Assembly (NCBI RefSeq): GCF_009914755.1 | Contig: NC_060926.1 | DNA from: the human T2T-CHM13v2.0 reference genome, Homo sapiens | DNA: 64,000 nucleotides | Reading direction: 5' to 3' (one strand) | Shown: positions 1 to 18,111 of the stretch, one piece after another | How positions within the stretch are numbered: position 1 is the stretch's first letter | How the letters are laid out: every line of letters begins with the position of its first letter | Made by a program: the position numbers and the translations under genes | Notes under the pieces: model-generated | Told to the model about the DNA's origin: nothing | What the model saw: only the letters and a program-made list of their open reading frames with translations | Databases searched by the model: none

Positions 1-1735
<1,735 letters not shown>

Positions 1736-1884
1736 TCAGGTAAGACCAGCAGTAGCTCTGTGGCAAGACTTAGAGACAAATGGCATCAAAATCAGAGATA
1801 CTGGAGGCCATTATCTCCTTCTCTGCATGCACCCAGCCTTCTTCCTCCATTCTTAGATTTTCTTTGTAAATAGTATAGCCTGAT

Positions 1885-2165
1885 GCAGGTGGACAGTGGC
1901 TGGAGACATAGGCCTTATAATCAGGCAGACCAAGGTTCGAACCTTAGCTCCCCTACTTCCTACTTCTGTGTCCTAGAGCCTTCGATTTTTCATCTGCAAA
2001 ACAGGAATAAAAACATCTATTTCAAAAGACTCTTGTTCCTTCCCTTACTAGTTGAATGATCTTTGGAAAAGCATTAACTTTCTTAGGTTTCAGTTTCCTC
2101 CCTTGTAAAATGGGGTGAGAGGGTTGGCTGAACTCAATAATCTCTTAATGTTCATTTCAGCTCTT
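1885..2165 (+). mobile_element. Two adjacent MIR/MIR3 SINE fragments
   Basis: Core motifs ggttcgaacc...catctgcaaaacagg and tttcagtttcctcccttgtaaaatgggg. Confidence 0.65.
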
Positions 2166-3249
2166 GAGCCTATGAGTCATGTGAACTTGCAACTGGTCTC
2201 CACAGAAAAAGCCCTACAAATCTCCCCTGTTGTTGTGCCCATGGCAGAGTTTCCCTCTGGAGCAAGCCAATCTTGATTCCAGTAGCACAGGCCAAATGAC
2301 CTGCGAGAAACCTACATTCATGGGGATTACTGTCAGTGTAAAAGCACACCACCATTATATTGTTCCAGGCATTCCTTCTGATACATTAATTTTACTTGCT
2401 CACTTCTGCTTTGAAGTTTTGGGCCATTAGATGCTGCTCCTTTTGCAGTAGAAATCTGTTTCAACAAGATCCCTGACTTCCACAGTGGGAAGCAGCTAAT
2501 GAGTACTCAGTCTTCTTAAACTACTCCTGGCACTTCCAAGGTCTCCTTCTGCAGATAACCCAGTTTCCCAAATAGGCAAATAAACTAGCAGCCTGCAATA
2601 AACAATGGTGCAGATAAAAGAGGGGGATTCCTACCAAGGCAAAGCATTACTCAAAAGGAAGGTGTTGTTCCAGGAATTGGAGGTTTCCAACTTTCTTAAA
2701 GTAAGTAAAAGCGACTTCTGGTTAAAATCAGGATGAAGCATAAGACCGTGTCTGAGCTGGATCGAGAACGTGAACCCTCTGTACTTGTTGGGAAGCTTCA
2801 GCATGGCATATAAGAAAAGTGATCTACAACTGTCGTAAATAATCTACATTATGACAGTATTTTGCAGCAGAGGAAATGTTCTTATCATGGGCACAGAGGA
2901 AAAGAAAAGGGATTAGAACCAAAGACAAAGAATTGGGAAGATCATCTAATTCAGTCCTCTTGCTTTCCTAGGGAAGCAGACTGGAGATCCAGATAGGGAA
3001 ATGACTTGTCCAAAGTCTTAGTTTGAAAGTTAAGACCATACTCCAGATTTCTGGACTTCTAAGCAGTACTCTTCTCCTTGTTTCTTTTTCACTGGCCCAC
3101 TGTGTACTTCAGCCTAAAACATGGCCAAGGTAACTTGTGGCCAGGATGTATAGCTTTGGAAGTCAGAGGGGCAGGAAGGGGAATGAGAGGCACATGGACA
3201 CCAGACCAAATCCATTTATTCGGTCCCTTCCTTACTCCTTTCTGCCCTC

Positions 3250-3800
3250 AGATTCCATTTAATGGATGCCTATTTTGAGCAAACATCCAAGCACTGGCTC
3301 TGCCCTGAGGACATAGATGTGACAGACACAGTTGTGGCCTTCAAGGAACTCCAGGTCTGGCAGGGGTGCACAGATGTCTGCAAGAACTATCAGCACAAAT
3401 AGAGGTCATAAAGTCAGACACACATCCAGGCAAAACATGTTGGGAGCCTTCAGGAAGGAGGAGACAGGAGGTCCAGGTGGGAAGATCCGTAAAGAGGAAG
3501 ACCCTTGAGCCAGGTCTTACAGGGAGAGAAAAACAAAGATACTGGCAGAATGGACTGTGCAAAAGTTGAAGGGAAGAGGAGTCAGGACAAAGGTAGATGA
3601 TGTTTGGCTGCAGAGTAGGACACTGGAGAGAAGACTGAGAAATAAGGAGGGCCAGGGAGATAGGAGGTGTAACCAGACCACAGAGAGCATTGCTTCTTGG
3701 CTGAAGATTTCCAGCTTCATTTTGTGGATAATAGAGAGCCAGATATTTTGAGCAGGTGAGTGGCACCATCAGAGTGGTGCTGCAGGAGAACTGATCTGTT
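3250..3800 (-). mobile_element. L2 LINE 3' fragment
   Basis: Degenerate reverse L2 3' end (ccatttaatggatgcctatt...aagcactggctctgccctgaggacatag...gccttcaaggaact). Confidence 0.6.
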
Positions 3801-4999
3801 ATGGTGGGGGCAAGAGGGAATTAATATTGACCCAACCTCATCTTGCACCACAAGTCCACACAAGGGCAAGAATGTGACTAAATGCAAATTCGAAGTGTTT
3901 GCTATATTACTGTTGTAAGCAAAGGCAATGTGTTGAGGGTGGATGACTGGGGTTTCCAGTACTAGGGTAGTGTGTATCTGTGCAGAGCACGTGAGGACCC
4001 TGGAAGTATCTCTGGGGACAGAGTCTTGCTCCAGACTCTTTGGGGGTATGGCCTGGGGTTAGGATGAAGACAGTCCCATGTCCAATAATAATTTACACAT
4101 AAGGGAGCAGCAGCAACTGTGTCCTGGTCTGAGACCATTCTCTGATGTTCTCAGGTTGGCAGAATGTTGAGTAGAAACCAGGAGTTTTCTGAGCTACTGA
4201 AGGGAAGAATGGGGGCAAAATAAAGAAAGTATCTCCATTCTTCTCAGGAAGATTACTGCTATGCACATGTGCACATGCATGAGAAGCTCAAAAATCCAGC
4301 TGAAGGTGTTGAGGTATTGGACTAGGGGCTCTTTCTGTGTCACTGCTCCTCTCCACCCTTGGGTGTGGCCATGCATGTAAATTCTGTCCCCGAAATTTGG
4401 CACCTCAATAATGGAACCCTTTCAAAGCTGACTGGAAGATTTTTCCAGTTCTAATATGTGAGATGATGTTTATATGAATCTTATTTTCTGCAACCGGACT
4501 ATCAATAAGCGACCGAGCTTATTTTCACTCTCAATGGAACTCTATAGTTGAGAGCTATCTCTTCATCAGCAGCTTTCCTCTACCAAAAATAAGGGAAAAA
4601 ATACATTTCATAAGCTCCTTGGGATATTGTCAGTATAAATCTTTTAAAGTCAGTAAGAATTTATCTCTCCTCTCTCTCTTTTTGGTTTCTATTTATTTTG
4701 CTCAGGATAGCTTGGGGCTAGGCAAAGTCTCCTGGGGTCCTTTCTAACTAAGAAGGATGGTCTAGCAGCACACAGACCTTCACCCAGTGTGGCCATGGGG
4801 GTGTGGAGAGGCAGATCAAAGAGCTCTGCTCATACAGCGCCACAACCATGTTTCTTTTATTATGCATCTTGTTGATATGTTTAATGATTAAATATGAAAT
4901 GATTTTTATTTTTACCTCTGGTCACCAGTGTAGGAATGTGCTGCTCTCATCTCAACCAGCAGGGCTCACATTATGGGCCAAAACCCAAGGGTCATGAAC

Positions 5000-5195
5000 T
5001 TAGAGGTCAAACTCTTTTGTATCTGTTCAGTTATTGACCTTAGACAAATTATTTAAACACTTTAAATATTAATTTGCTCAAATTTAATATGGGCAGAGCC
5101 TACCTCATATGGCTGTTGTGAAGATTAAATTAAATAACATGAATCAACTAGGCAGTACTGTGCCTGCTCAAGGTAGGTATGTAATAAAAATCAGT
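5000..5195 (+). mobile_element. MIR SINE
   Basis: gaccttagacaaattatttaa...cctacctcatatggctgttgtgaagattaaat...gtgcctgctca. Confidence 0.7.
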
Positions 5196-5742
5196 TCCCT
5201 GTGTTGACAGGTGTCTTAGTCTGGAATTCCTTTGATCTAGGACTAAACCTGGAATCAGAAGGACTAAACTGGAGTAGCTCTGCTACTACCAACCTTCCTT
5301 GGTAAAATGAAGTGTTGGATACAGTCTCTCTAAGGATTCTTACAGCCCCAAACTGTCAGTAATTCTATCTGCCTGCCTAGAATATTATTAATCTAAAGAA
5401 ATTGAGTCAAGTCTCCAAGCCCCCAAGTCCTAAACTCTTCTTCTCATAATTCACCTCTCTGAGGGTTATATACCAACAGTTTTAATCGATTGGCCAAATA
5501 CTCCATGAACTTTCCCGCTAAGATGTAAGGAAGTAAGCTGTGGTTCCCTGCCCTGCCTTCCTCTCTCCCGATTTACACACATACATCCCTAGGAAGGGCT
5601 CCTGTACTAGCATCATTTGTTTCTTAGATGCTTCTGCTATAAGGCTGCTACCACCTCTAAATGTCTGGTATGCAACACAATGCTTGCCACATGGTAGGTA
5701 CTCAATGATCCTAAAAATCAAATTGATATGATGGTAACATGG

Positions 5743-8215
5743 TGATGTAGTTTGGTTGTGTTTGTTCCTCCAAATCTCATGTTCAAATATGATTCCCAGT
5801 GTTGGAGGTGAGGCCTGGTGGGAGGTGACTGGATCATGGGGGCAGATCCCTCATGAATGGTTTAGCTCCATCCCCTTGGTATATGTGAGTTCTTACTCAG
5901 TTATGTGAGATCTGGTTATTTAAAAGAGTCTAGGACCTCCCCTCCTTTCTCTCTCGCTCTCACTCTCACCATGTGGCATGCTGGTTCCTTGTTGCCTTCT
6001 GCCATGATTGCAAGCTTCCTGAGGCCCTCACTAGAAACAGATGTCATTGCCATGCTTCCAGTACAGCCTGCAGAACCATGAGCCAATTAAATCTCTTTTC
6101 TTTATAAATTACCCAGCCTTAGGTATTCCTTTACAGTGACACAAGCATGGACTAATACAGAAAATTGGCACCAATGAGTGGTGTTTTGCTATAAAAATAC
6201 CTGAAAATATAGAAGTAACTTTGGAACTGAGTAACGGGCAGGGGTTGGAGGAATTTGGGCGGGAGAAGCTCACAAGACAGGAAGATGAGGGAAAGTTTGG
6301 AACTTCTTAGAGACTAATTAAATAGTTTTGACCAAAATGCTGATAGAAATATGGACAGTGAAGACTAAGCTAAGGAAGTATCAAATGGAAATAAAAAAGT
6401 TATTGAAAACTGGAATAAAGGTAACCTGTGTTACACCTCAGCAAATAATTGGGCTGCATTCATGTTCATGCCTTAGGGATCTGTGGAAGGTTGAACTTAA
6501 GAGTGATAACTTAGGGTATGTGGCAGAAGAAATTTCTCAGTAGCAGAGTGTTCATGAGTGGTCTAGCTGCTTCTAACAGTCTATGATCAGATATGGGAGC
6601 AAAGAAATGACAAACTTGAAACTTATATTTAAAAGGAAAGCAGAGCGTAAGGGTTTGGAAAATTTGCAGACTACTCAGGTAGTAGAAAGGAAAAGAACTT
6701 TTTCAGGGGAGGAATTCAAGTGGCCTGTGGAGCAACTCGCTAAGCGAATAGCATGACTAAAAGGGAGCCAAGGGCTAATATCCAAGACAATAAAAAAAAG
6801 ATCGCAAGGGCATTTCAAAACTATTTGGGACAGCCCCTCTGATCACAGGCTCAGAGGCCTAAGAGGCTAAGAGGCAAGAATGGTTTCAGGGGCCAGGCCC
6901 AGGGTGCTGTTGCCCTGCTCAGCCTCATGACACTGCTCCTTACATTCTGGCTGTACCAGCTCTAGCCATGGCTCAAAAGGGCCCAGGTACGGCTCCAGAC
7001 ACCACTTTGGATAACATAAGCCATGCTTCCATGTGGTATTCAGCCTACAGACACACAGAATGCAAGAGTGAAGAAGGCTTGGCAGCTCCCATCTAAATGC
7101 CATAGGAGGCATGGGCAGAAGTCTACCACTGGGGCAGAGCCCCGGCAAAGAAACTCTACTAGGTCCATATCAAGGGAAAATGCGGGGTTGGAGCCTCTAC
7201 ACAGAGTCCCCACTGGGGCACTTCCTAGTGGAGCTGTGGGAAGGGGGCTGCTGCCTTCTATATCCAAGAATGGTAGAGACACTGGCAGCTAGACACTGGC
7301 AGCTTGAAGCCTCAGCATGGAAAAGCTGCAGACACTCAACTCCAATCTGTGGGAGCAGCCATGGAGGACGCACACTGCAAAGTCATAGGGGTGGAGCTGC
7401 CTAAGGCCCTGGGAGCCTACCCGTTGCAGCAGCGTGCCCTGGATGTGGGACATGGTGTCAAAGAAGATTATTTTGAAGCTTTAAGATTTAATGACTGCCC
7501 TGCTGTGTTCCACACTTGTGTGATGCCTATTACCCCTTTGTTTTGGTCAGTTTCTCCACTTTGGAACAAGAATGTTTACCCAATGCCTGTACCACCATCG
7601 TATCTTAGAAGTAAATTACTTGTTCTGATTTTATAGGCACATAGGTGAGTCCCACATGAGGCTTTGGACTGTGGACATGGAACATTTGTGTTAATATTGG
7701 AATGAGTTAATACTTTTGAGGAACTATTGTGAAGGCATAATCATATTTTGAAATGTAAGGACATGATATTTTGGGGGGGCAGGGGTGAAATAATATGGTT
7801 TGGATGTGTTTGTCCCTCCAAATCTCATGTTGAAATGTGATTCCCAATGTTGGAGGTGGAGTCTGGTGGGAGGTGATTGGATCATGGGGGCAAATCCCTC
7901 ATGAATGGTTTAATACCACCCCCTTGGTGATAAGTGAGTTCTTGCTCAGTTAGTTATGTGAGATCTGGTTGTTTAAAAGAGTCTGGGACCTCCTCATTCT
8001 CTTTCACTTGCTCTTGCTGTCACTATGTGACATGCTGGCTCCTTGTTGCCTTCTGTCATGATTGTAAGTTTCCTGAGGCCCTCACTCAGGAAACAGATGC
8101 CATTGCCTTGCTTCCAGTACAGTCTGCAGAACCATGAGCCAATTACACCTCTTTTCTTTATAAGTTACCCAGACTCAGGTGTTCCTTTACAGTGACACAA
8201 GCATGAACTAATACA
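5743..8215 (+). mobile_element. Full-length MST (MSTA/MSTB-like) MaLR provirus: LTR 5743-6159, internal 6160-7790, LTR 7791-8215
   Basis: Two homologous ~420-bp LTRs ending ctaataca; internal region starts gaaaattggcacc; polypurine tract ttgggggggcaggggtgaaa before the 3' LTR; 5-bp TSD catgg/catga. Confidence 0.93.
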
Positions 8216-8964
8216 CATGACAAGGAATCAAATAGTACAGAATTGCTTATAATTTTTTTTAAAACAGCCTCTAACCTCTGCTCCACCTGACCACATTCCA
8301 CACACTGGAAAATTTTTTTTTAAGGATTTCTAACTTCTTTAGGTTGCTGCCTTCATAATTCTAAATATTATAATCATAGTTTTCCTTGCAGGTGTGACAA
8401 CTTTAGACATGGATAGGACAATAAGAAAAATAACAATATCTCTTTCATAATTCTTGATTTTTAAAATGTTCTTGATTTTAAAAATTATCTTCTACACCTT
8501 ACGTTTTTAACTTTATGTGATATATTTATGACTTCTTCCATCAGCTCCAGGCAGTATCACTTGACTCTTCTCACTATAAAGATGAGGCTATTTAGTCTTC
8601 CTGCCCTTTCCTGTACTTTTTCTCTTCCACACCCCCCTCCCAAATCAGCTGTACTTTTCCTTTACCTTGTCAAGATTGTGTAAGAATGATTAAGTATTTT
8701 GTGTTTTGTTTATAGGTTGATGCTAAGTGTGGAAAATCAATAAACAGATCTTTTATACTGATGGCTATATATTTCTCACTGCAGTGAATAAGGGTTATAT
8801 TTATAATCTTCTCTATAGATCCAAGAATGCATTCTACTCCAAGCAGGATATATTTCCAGCATCAGGATCAAATGAATTCTCTCTCTTGCATTGTTACTTG
8901 TCAAAATTGTGGCACATTTTAATTTGTCTCATATTTGAAATAAGTCTTGGTATATGTTATCAGC

Positions 8965-11784
<2,820 letters not shown>

Positions 11785-12059
11785 GAATCAGTTTTTGTTT
11801 TGTTTTGTTTTTTTTCAGTTTGTCTTTCCAGGAATTTCTAGCTGATTTTTTTCTATTTATTTTATATCTGTCTTCTTTACCATATCACTAACACATCCAT
11901 ATACTCCTTGAAAAAATTACTCCCTTCGTCTTGAAGACACTGATTTCCTCTTTTAATTTGTATCAGTTGCTTTCTGGGCCTACGGTACAGCTATTATTCT
12001 GAAATTTCTTTTCACTGGGACTTTTATGTTAGTCCCACCATCCTCAGGAAACTTCTTCA

Positions 12060-12560
12060 GGGGGAAATTTCTTAGTGAATCATTGAATATTTGAAATGTT
12101 TATTTCATCTTTACATTTGGTTGGTAGCTTTTCTGGTTATGGTTTGCAGATTAGAAACTTTGCCTCAAAAATTTGAAGACCTAGTTTCAGCGTTTTCTAG
12201 TGTCAGTGTTACTAAGAAGAAGTCTAACGCTGGTTTTATTTGTAATTTCTTTGTAATTGATCTGTTTTTCCTATTTGGAAGCTTTTGGGATCTTTCTTTA
12301 ACTTTAAAGTTCTAAAATTTCAATACATTGTATCTAGGTAGGGATCTAGATAAAAATTCATCCGTGGCATTTTGCAATGCATATAGCTACAGATCTGTAC
12401 AAAAATTTATCCGTGGCATTTGCTGGCCTCTGTCAATCAGAAAACACATGCCTCTTTCATCTCTAGCAAATCTTGTTTTATTATTTCTCTGATAATTTAA
12501 TTACCCCATGCTTAATCTTGAATCTTTCTTAAGAGATTTATCTTTCAAGTTAGCTTCTGT
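12060..12560 (-). mobile_element. Old L1M fragment
   Basis: T-rich degenerate reverse L1-like sequence (ttgaaatgtttatttcatc...gaagtctaacgctgg...tctaaaatttcaatacattgtatctagg). Confidence 0.5.
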
Positions 12561-12642
12561 TAGTTATCTGATTTATCTTTGTTTTCTCTGGGGTCAGCTT
12601 TTTTTATATATATTGATCTTTCTTTTTCTCTTTTCTTCTTCT

Positions 12643-12850
12643 TTTAACAGAAGAAAAAGCATATAAATTTATTTATGTGCAAATGCATGGGAGCCACACA
12701 AAATATGAGACTTGAAGGACCAGAGGACAGAAGTTTTTATACTATGCAGAAATGAACAGAGGCTTGGAGCTCCTGGGGAGAGGTGGCAGCAGATTATGGA
12801 AGGGTGAGGGGAGGAAACATATGGCAAGAAAAGGCTGTCTTGCTATGCAT
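12643..12850 (-). mobile_element. ERV1 LTR fragment (MER34-like U3/R)
   Basis: Its reverse complement resembles the 3' half of the LTR at 11222-11784; minus-strand TATAAAA (12735-12741) and AATAAA (12668-12673). Confidence 0.55.
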
Positions 12851-15582
12851 GATCTTTCTTTTTCATGCTGCTGGATTATTCACATGTTGAGTGATCATTG
12901 ATCAGTCCCTCACATTTAAACAGGAGAGACTAGGGAGGCTAACAGGAGCTATATGTGTACAGATGGTGTTTGTCCTTTATGCATAATTTGCCTGATGGAC
13001 AGTTTCAGGAGCAAGCCATTTTGCAGGTGACTGCTTCCCAGTGCCAGCCCAAAGGGCACGTCACCCTGAGTATGAACACTCCCACTAGCAGCCATAAGTC
13101 TATCACTCCACTTGAAGTTTTAGAGGCTTTTTCCTAGCCCTATGGTTAAGCATCCTGCTACCCTCTGCTTTGGGAAAATGATATTGAAAAAGGAATGAAG
13201 GCCATCTGGGTTAACCATAGAGAAATTTCCATTCTTCTTCTTTACCTTCATCCTTTCTTTCAGGTGATCTTTTACCTGCACTCTCAGCAGATAGGACACC
13301 TCCTCTATTCTAAACCTTTTTGGCACATTCTGGGCTCTGGCCACTTTGTTTTTCCATGGACAGCTTCTGTCTCCTCTATGTGCTCTAGAAATTGCTCATG
13401 CCTCCCCTCCTGCTCTGTTTGCTATTCAGAATTTGTTCCTCCGTTGATAGTTCTCTATTTAATATAACTTCAGTGGGATCTTAAAAGAGGAGACAAATGT
13501 TCAATCCACTTTTCTGAACCAGAGGCCTCTTAATCATATTCTCTGAGTGAGAACATAAATACACACATGCATGGATGGATGGATTTCCATCTCAATCAAT
13601 CAAACAGGATCCAGGCATCATTGGCTAATTGTCCATAGTACAATAAACTATTAAATCATTATTATCTGCTATTACTCTTTCAGTTGATCACAATGCCACT
13701 CATGTTAGGTGGGAACTAAGGAAAAGCAGAGGTTTAATGGGTTGGAATCTGGACAGAAGGAGTGCAGTGTAATGCATGCAGGCCTCACCCAGATGCATGC
13801 CCCGAGATATCAGTGTTGGGGAATAATGCTGTGCCAACTCCAGAGTACCTTCCGCAGAACACCAGCCCCATGGACGTCAACAGGTATTATGAGAAGGCTC
13901 TGTGGGCGAATGAGTCTGGGGACTCCTGGGTACAACAAGAAGTAAACAGGCTCTTTCACTGAAGACTTCTCAGAGCCTTGATATGCCAATAAGAGTTGTG
14001 GCTCTTCAAGAGTGGAATATAAAATGAAACATTTCCCAAACTCCTTTGTGCACAGAACCCTTTTGTTACTGTGTATAATGTTCTATGGAACACACTTTGG
14101 ATACCCTCCTCTAATCTATTTCTGCTGCAAAGACCGTTTGCAGAAAATAGGAAAGGAAGAAATCATGGAAAAAAAGGAGAAACAACATATCCTTATCCAT
14201 ATCTATCTATATAAATATCTATGTGTATGTCTAATCTATATCTATATCTGTATCATCTCTCAAGTCTTTTCTGCTTGTCTGACTTTCAAACTGTCCTTTC
14301 ATAAGACCTCAGCTCCTTCTGGCAGAATCACGCTCCTGGAAACCTCCTCTGAGTTACTGCACTGGTCTCGCTACCTGAGGAGACTTAAAAATGCTACATT
14401 CCATATCTGGCTTTCAGAATGTCGTAACTAGACATAAACATGATTGTCACGTAGCTTAATCGCTTGTTGTACTGGGGAGAAAACCAAGAAGCAAAGAAGT
14501 TCAGGACTTGCCCAAGGTCACACAGCATATTGGTGGTGGATCTGCAATTAGAAGCAAGGTTTCCAGACTTCTGTCCAGTAGAACACTCACTGGGTATATG
14601 CCTGTCCATGATAGAAATCTAAGAAGGTGTTTCAGTCAGATGCCCTGTGGTTTGGTCCCCAGATGCCTGCAGATGTTCCTTTCACTTTTCAGCACTCTCA
14701 CCACTCTGTGGATCAGGCCCAGCAGCTGGTCTCAAGCTCTTCTTTCTGACTGTCCCCAGAGGTCACAGACTAACGCATGGGCAGGTGGGACCCAGACAGT
14801 GGGTCCTCCTTTTGAAATCACTCACAGGGCTTAGATGGCCTCACCATGGCTGAGCAGTATTTGAGGGTTTCCTTTGTTCATGTGGTCTTATGAATTGTTC
14901 AAAGCAAACTGGGGCCACTGAAAGAGGCTCCTTATTGTTTATTTTTCAAACTTGAATTCTACTATCCTGTGTAGCCTCAACTCATGTTTTAGTTGTTAGA
15001 GCAGAATTTTGACATTTAGAATAAAGAGGAGGTGGGACCGTGCTCATTGGCATGCTTTGCCTAATATTGAGATAATGGAAAGACAGAACTTCAAAGCTCT
15101 AGAGGCTCTTGGAAATCATTTGGTCCAACCTGTTCACCTTGCAGCTGAGGAAACAGTCCAGTCGGTGAAGGGCTATGCCTGGCTTCCATAGCAGAGCTGA
15201 GCCATGTGGGCACTCAGTCCCTGTGCACTTTTACTGTCTCCCTCTGTCTCGATGTCAAATATTTGGAATTAGCTCTGTTACTCTCCACCACCAGGACTTA
15301 CATGTATTGCTTTTCTGCACCTTCATTCGGAAGCACTTTGAAGAGAAATGGTATTCGTTTTTGAGACTGAATCATTAGAAAAACCAAGTGTGTTCATTAA
15401 GAGAGAGAAGGGGAGTAGAGGGAGTTGATTTTTCTTGATAGTATTATTAATCTTAAGATAATGAGTTAGTTGTAGCCTAGAAGTAGTAGTACAATTTGCA
15501 CAATTAGGAGCCTCTGCAAACTGAAAAGGCAAAACAACCTTTCGGGTCCTACTTAACTGAGGCAGAAGTTCCCTAGAAATAA

Positions 15583-15712
15583 TATATATTTATGCTCATG
15601 TGTGTGTGTAGTAAAATACGCGTATGTGTGTGTGTGTATATACGTGTACATCAATAGATGGATACACATAAACATACACATATGTACGGATGTATATGTA
15701 TGTCTATGTGTG
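15583..15712. repeat. TA/TG/CA mixed low-complexity repeat
   Basis: Interrupted (TG)n, (TA)n and (CA)n runs. Confidence 0.8.
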
Positions 15713-16908
15713 GAGGAGTACGTTTTTATATATTCCCTTTTAGATCTCTGACCCTGTTAAAATCTGACCCTGTTAGATCTCACCTCATTTTTAGGTGAGA
15801 CACAAAGGTGGTTTTTTTCTTTTACATCAATGGATTTCATTTAGAAAAAAGGGGCAGAGCCAATAATCTCTACATACTGCATGCGTGTCCTGGGGTGTCA
15901 GCAAAAAAAGATAATAAAAGGCAAAGCAAATAAATAGAAAGAAACAGAAGACAAAGTGCTGAGAAATCCTTTTTCCCTAAGAGCTCATTTTGGTAATCCT
16001 CAAGGAAAATAGAAAAGCACTTGATCTGACTAGAAGGAGAAAGGGGAACAAAATGAAAACTAAAGAATTGATTTAATTCAATGAGAAACAGGAGGAAGGA
16101 GAGATAAAAGCACCTGCTGGAGGAGGAGGACGGAAGGGAGGGAGCTGGGCGACCAGGGTGCCTTCAGTGGAACAAAACCCACTAGAGAGAGAGAGAAGCA
16201 CAAAGTCAGGTTTTCCCTTTCCCACGTGGGTTTTTTAGCTCTGGAATCGGATTGTTCAATTTTTGCTTTAAGTCCCAGATGTCAAGGGATAAACATCTTC
16301 TATGTTACTTTTAAAATTTTTGCTAAGAGGTAGCGGCTTTTATTGCTTTCTCTGGGCATTCCATTGATTTTTTTAATTAAATATTTTAAAAAGCAATTTT
16401 TTGCCCATTTCCTTGCAGGAGTCTCATAAAATCTCAACCTTATTATAACAAGTTCTGATGTTCCATCTACTGTGGTTCTCAGATACCCGCTGCTGAAGAA
16501 GGAGCATGGAACGTGGGTGGATGTTAATAACCAAGCCATGCAGCTGAGAAGCAAAGGGAAGCTGAGAATGCATCACTGTTTGTCACCTGCTGCCACTCTG
16601 GGAGAGCTGCATGGAGCACCCATGGGCCTCTCACCCATTCCTCTTCATTTTTCGGAAGAGTCAATGCACATGCAGGAAGCTGAGGTATCTGCATGGCAAG
16701 ATGGCTAGGCTGAGTTCTCAAAGGTTCTAGAATGTTCTAGGCTTCTAACAGATCTTTTCACTTCAGGTCTAAACTTCCTCCTCATACATTCTACACACAG
16801 AAGTCAGAACCATCTTCTTACATTTAATTTAGGTTATCCTTCCCTTCTTTTAAACTCTTCAATTCCTTCTCACTGAATACAGATTAAAACAGAAATTCCA
16901 TAATACGG

Positions 16909-17279
<371 letters not shown>

Positions 17280-17433
17280 TCAGGTCCCCAACCAACTTCC
17301 TTCTCTCTTGCCTCCTTCTTTTATTGAGACTGGAAGTTTAAAAAAAAGACTTGATTTAACCAGGCTTCCTTGCAGATAGGAACAGCCATGTGACACAGTT
17401 CTGGTGGTGAAATGTGAGCAGAATTATGCTCGT

Positions 17434-17626
17434 ATGGTTGCCAGGTTCAGCAAATAAACATATAGAACACCCAGTTCAATGTGCATTTCAGATTAATAAC
17501 GAACAATTTTATTAGTGAAAATATATCTTAAATATCGCATGAGACATGCTTATGCTAAAAAACAATTTTGTTGTTCATCTGAAACTCACATTTAACTGGA
17601 CATCCTGTGTTTTATCTGGCAGCCCT
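17434..17626. mobile_element. MER53 palindromic hAT MITE
   Basis: Ends ggttgccag...ctggcagccct; arms are near reverse complements (cccagttcaatgtgcatttcagat / atctgaaactcacatttaactgga). Confidence 0.88.
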
Positions 17627-17785
17627 CTGGTGCGGGGAACTGTGGGGAAAGTTTCCCCTTTCTGCTTCTTTCTTCTTTTTCTTGCCTAGAATATGAACAT
17701 AATGCCTGGAGGTGTGGCAGCTGTCTTGTAACCAGGGATTGACAACATGGGATGTGGACTAGTAAAGTAATAAGAGTTAAGTCAC

Positions 17786-18111
<326 letters not shown>

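Noticed and set aside
7277-7304. Short tandem duplications (14 bp here; about 13 bp near 15748-15776; 17 bp at 43464-43497; about 50 bp near 12322-12423)
   Set aside because: Ordinary slippage-type duplications, mostly inside old repeats.
6328-7636. ORFs inside the MST internal region
   Set aside because: Broken remnants of the MaLR internal ORF, split by stops and frameshifts.
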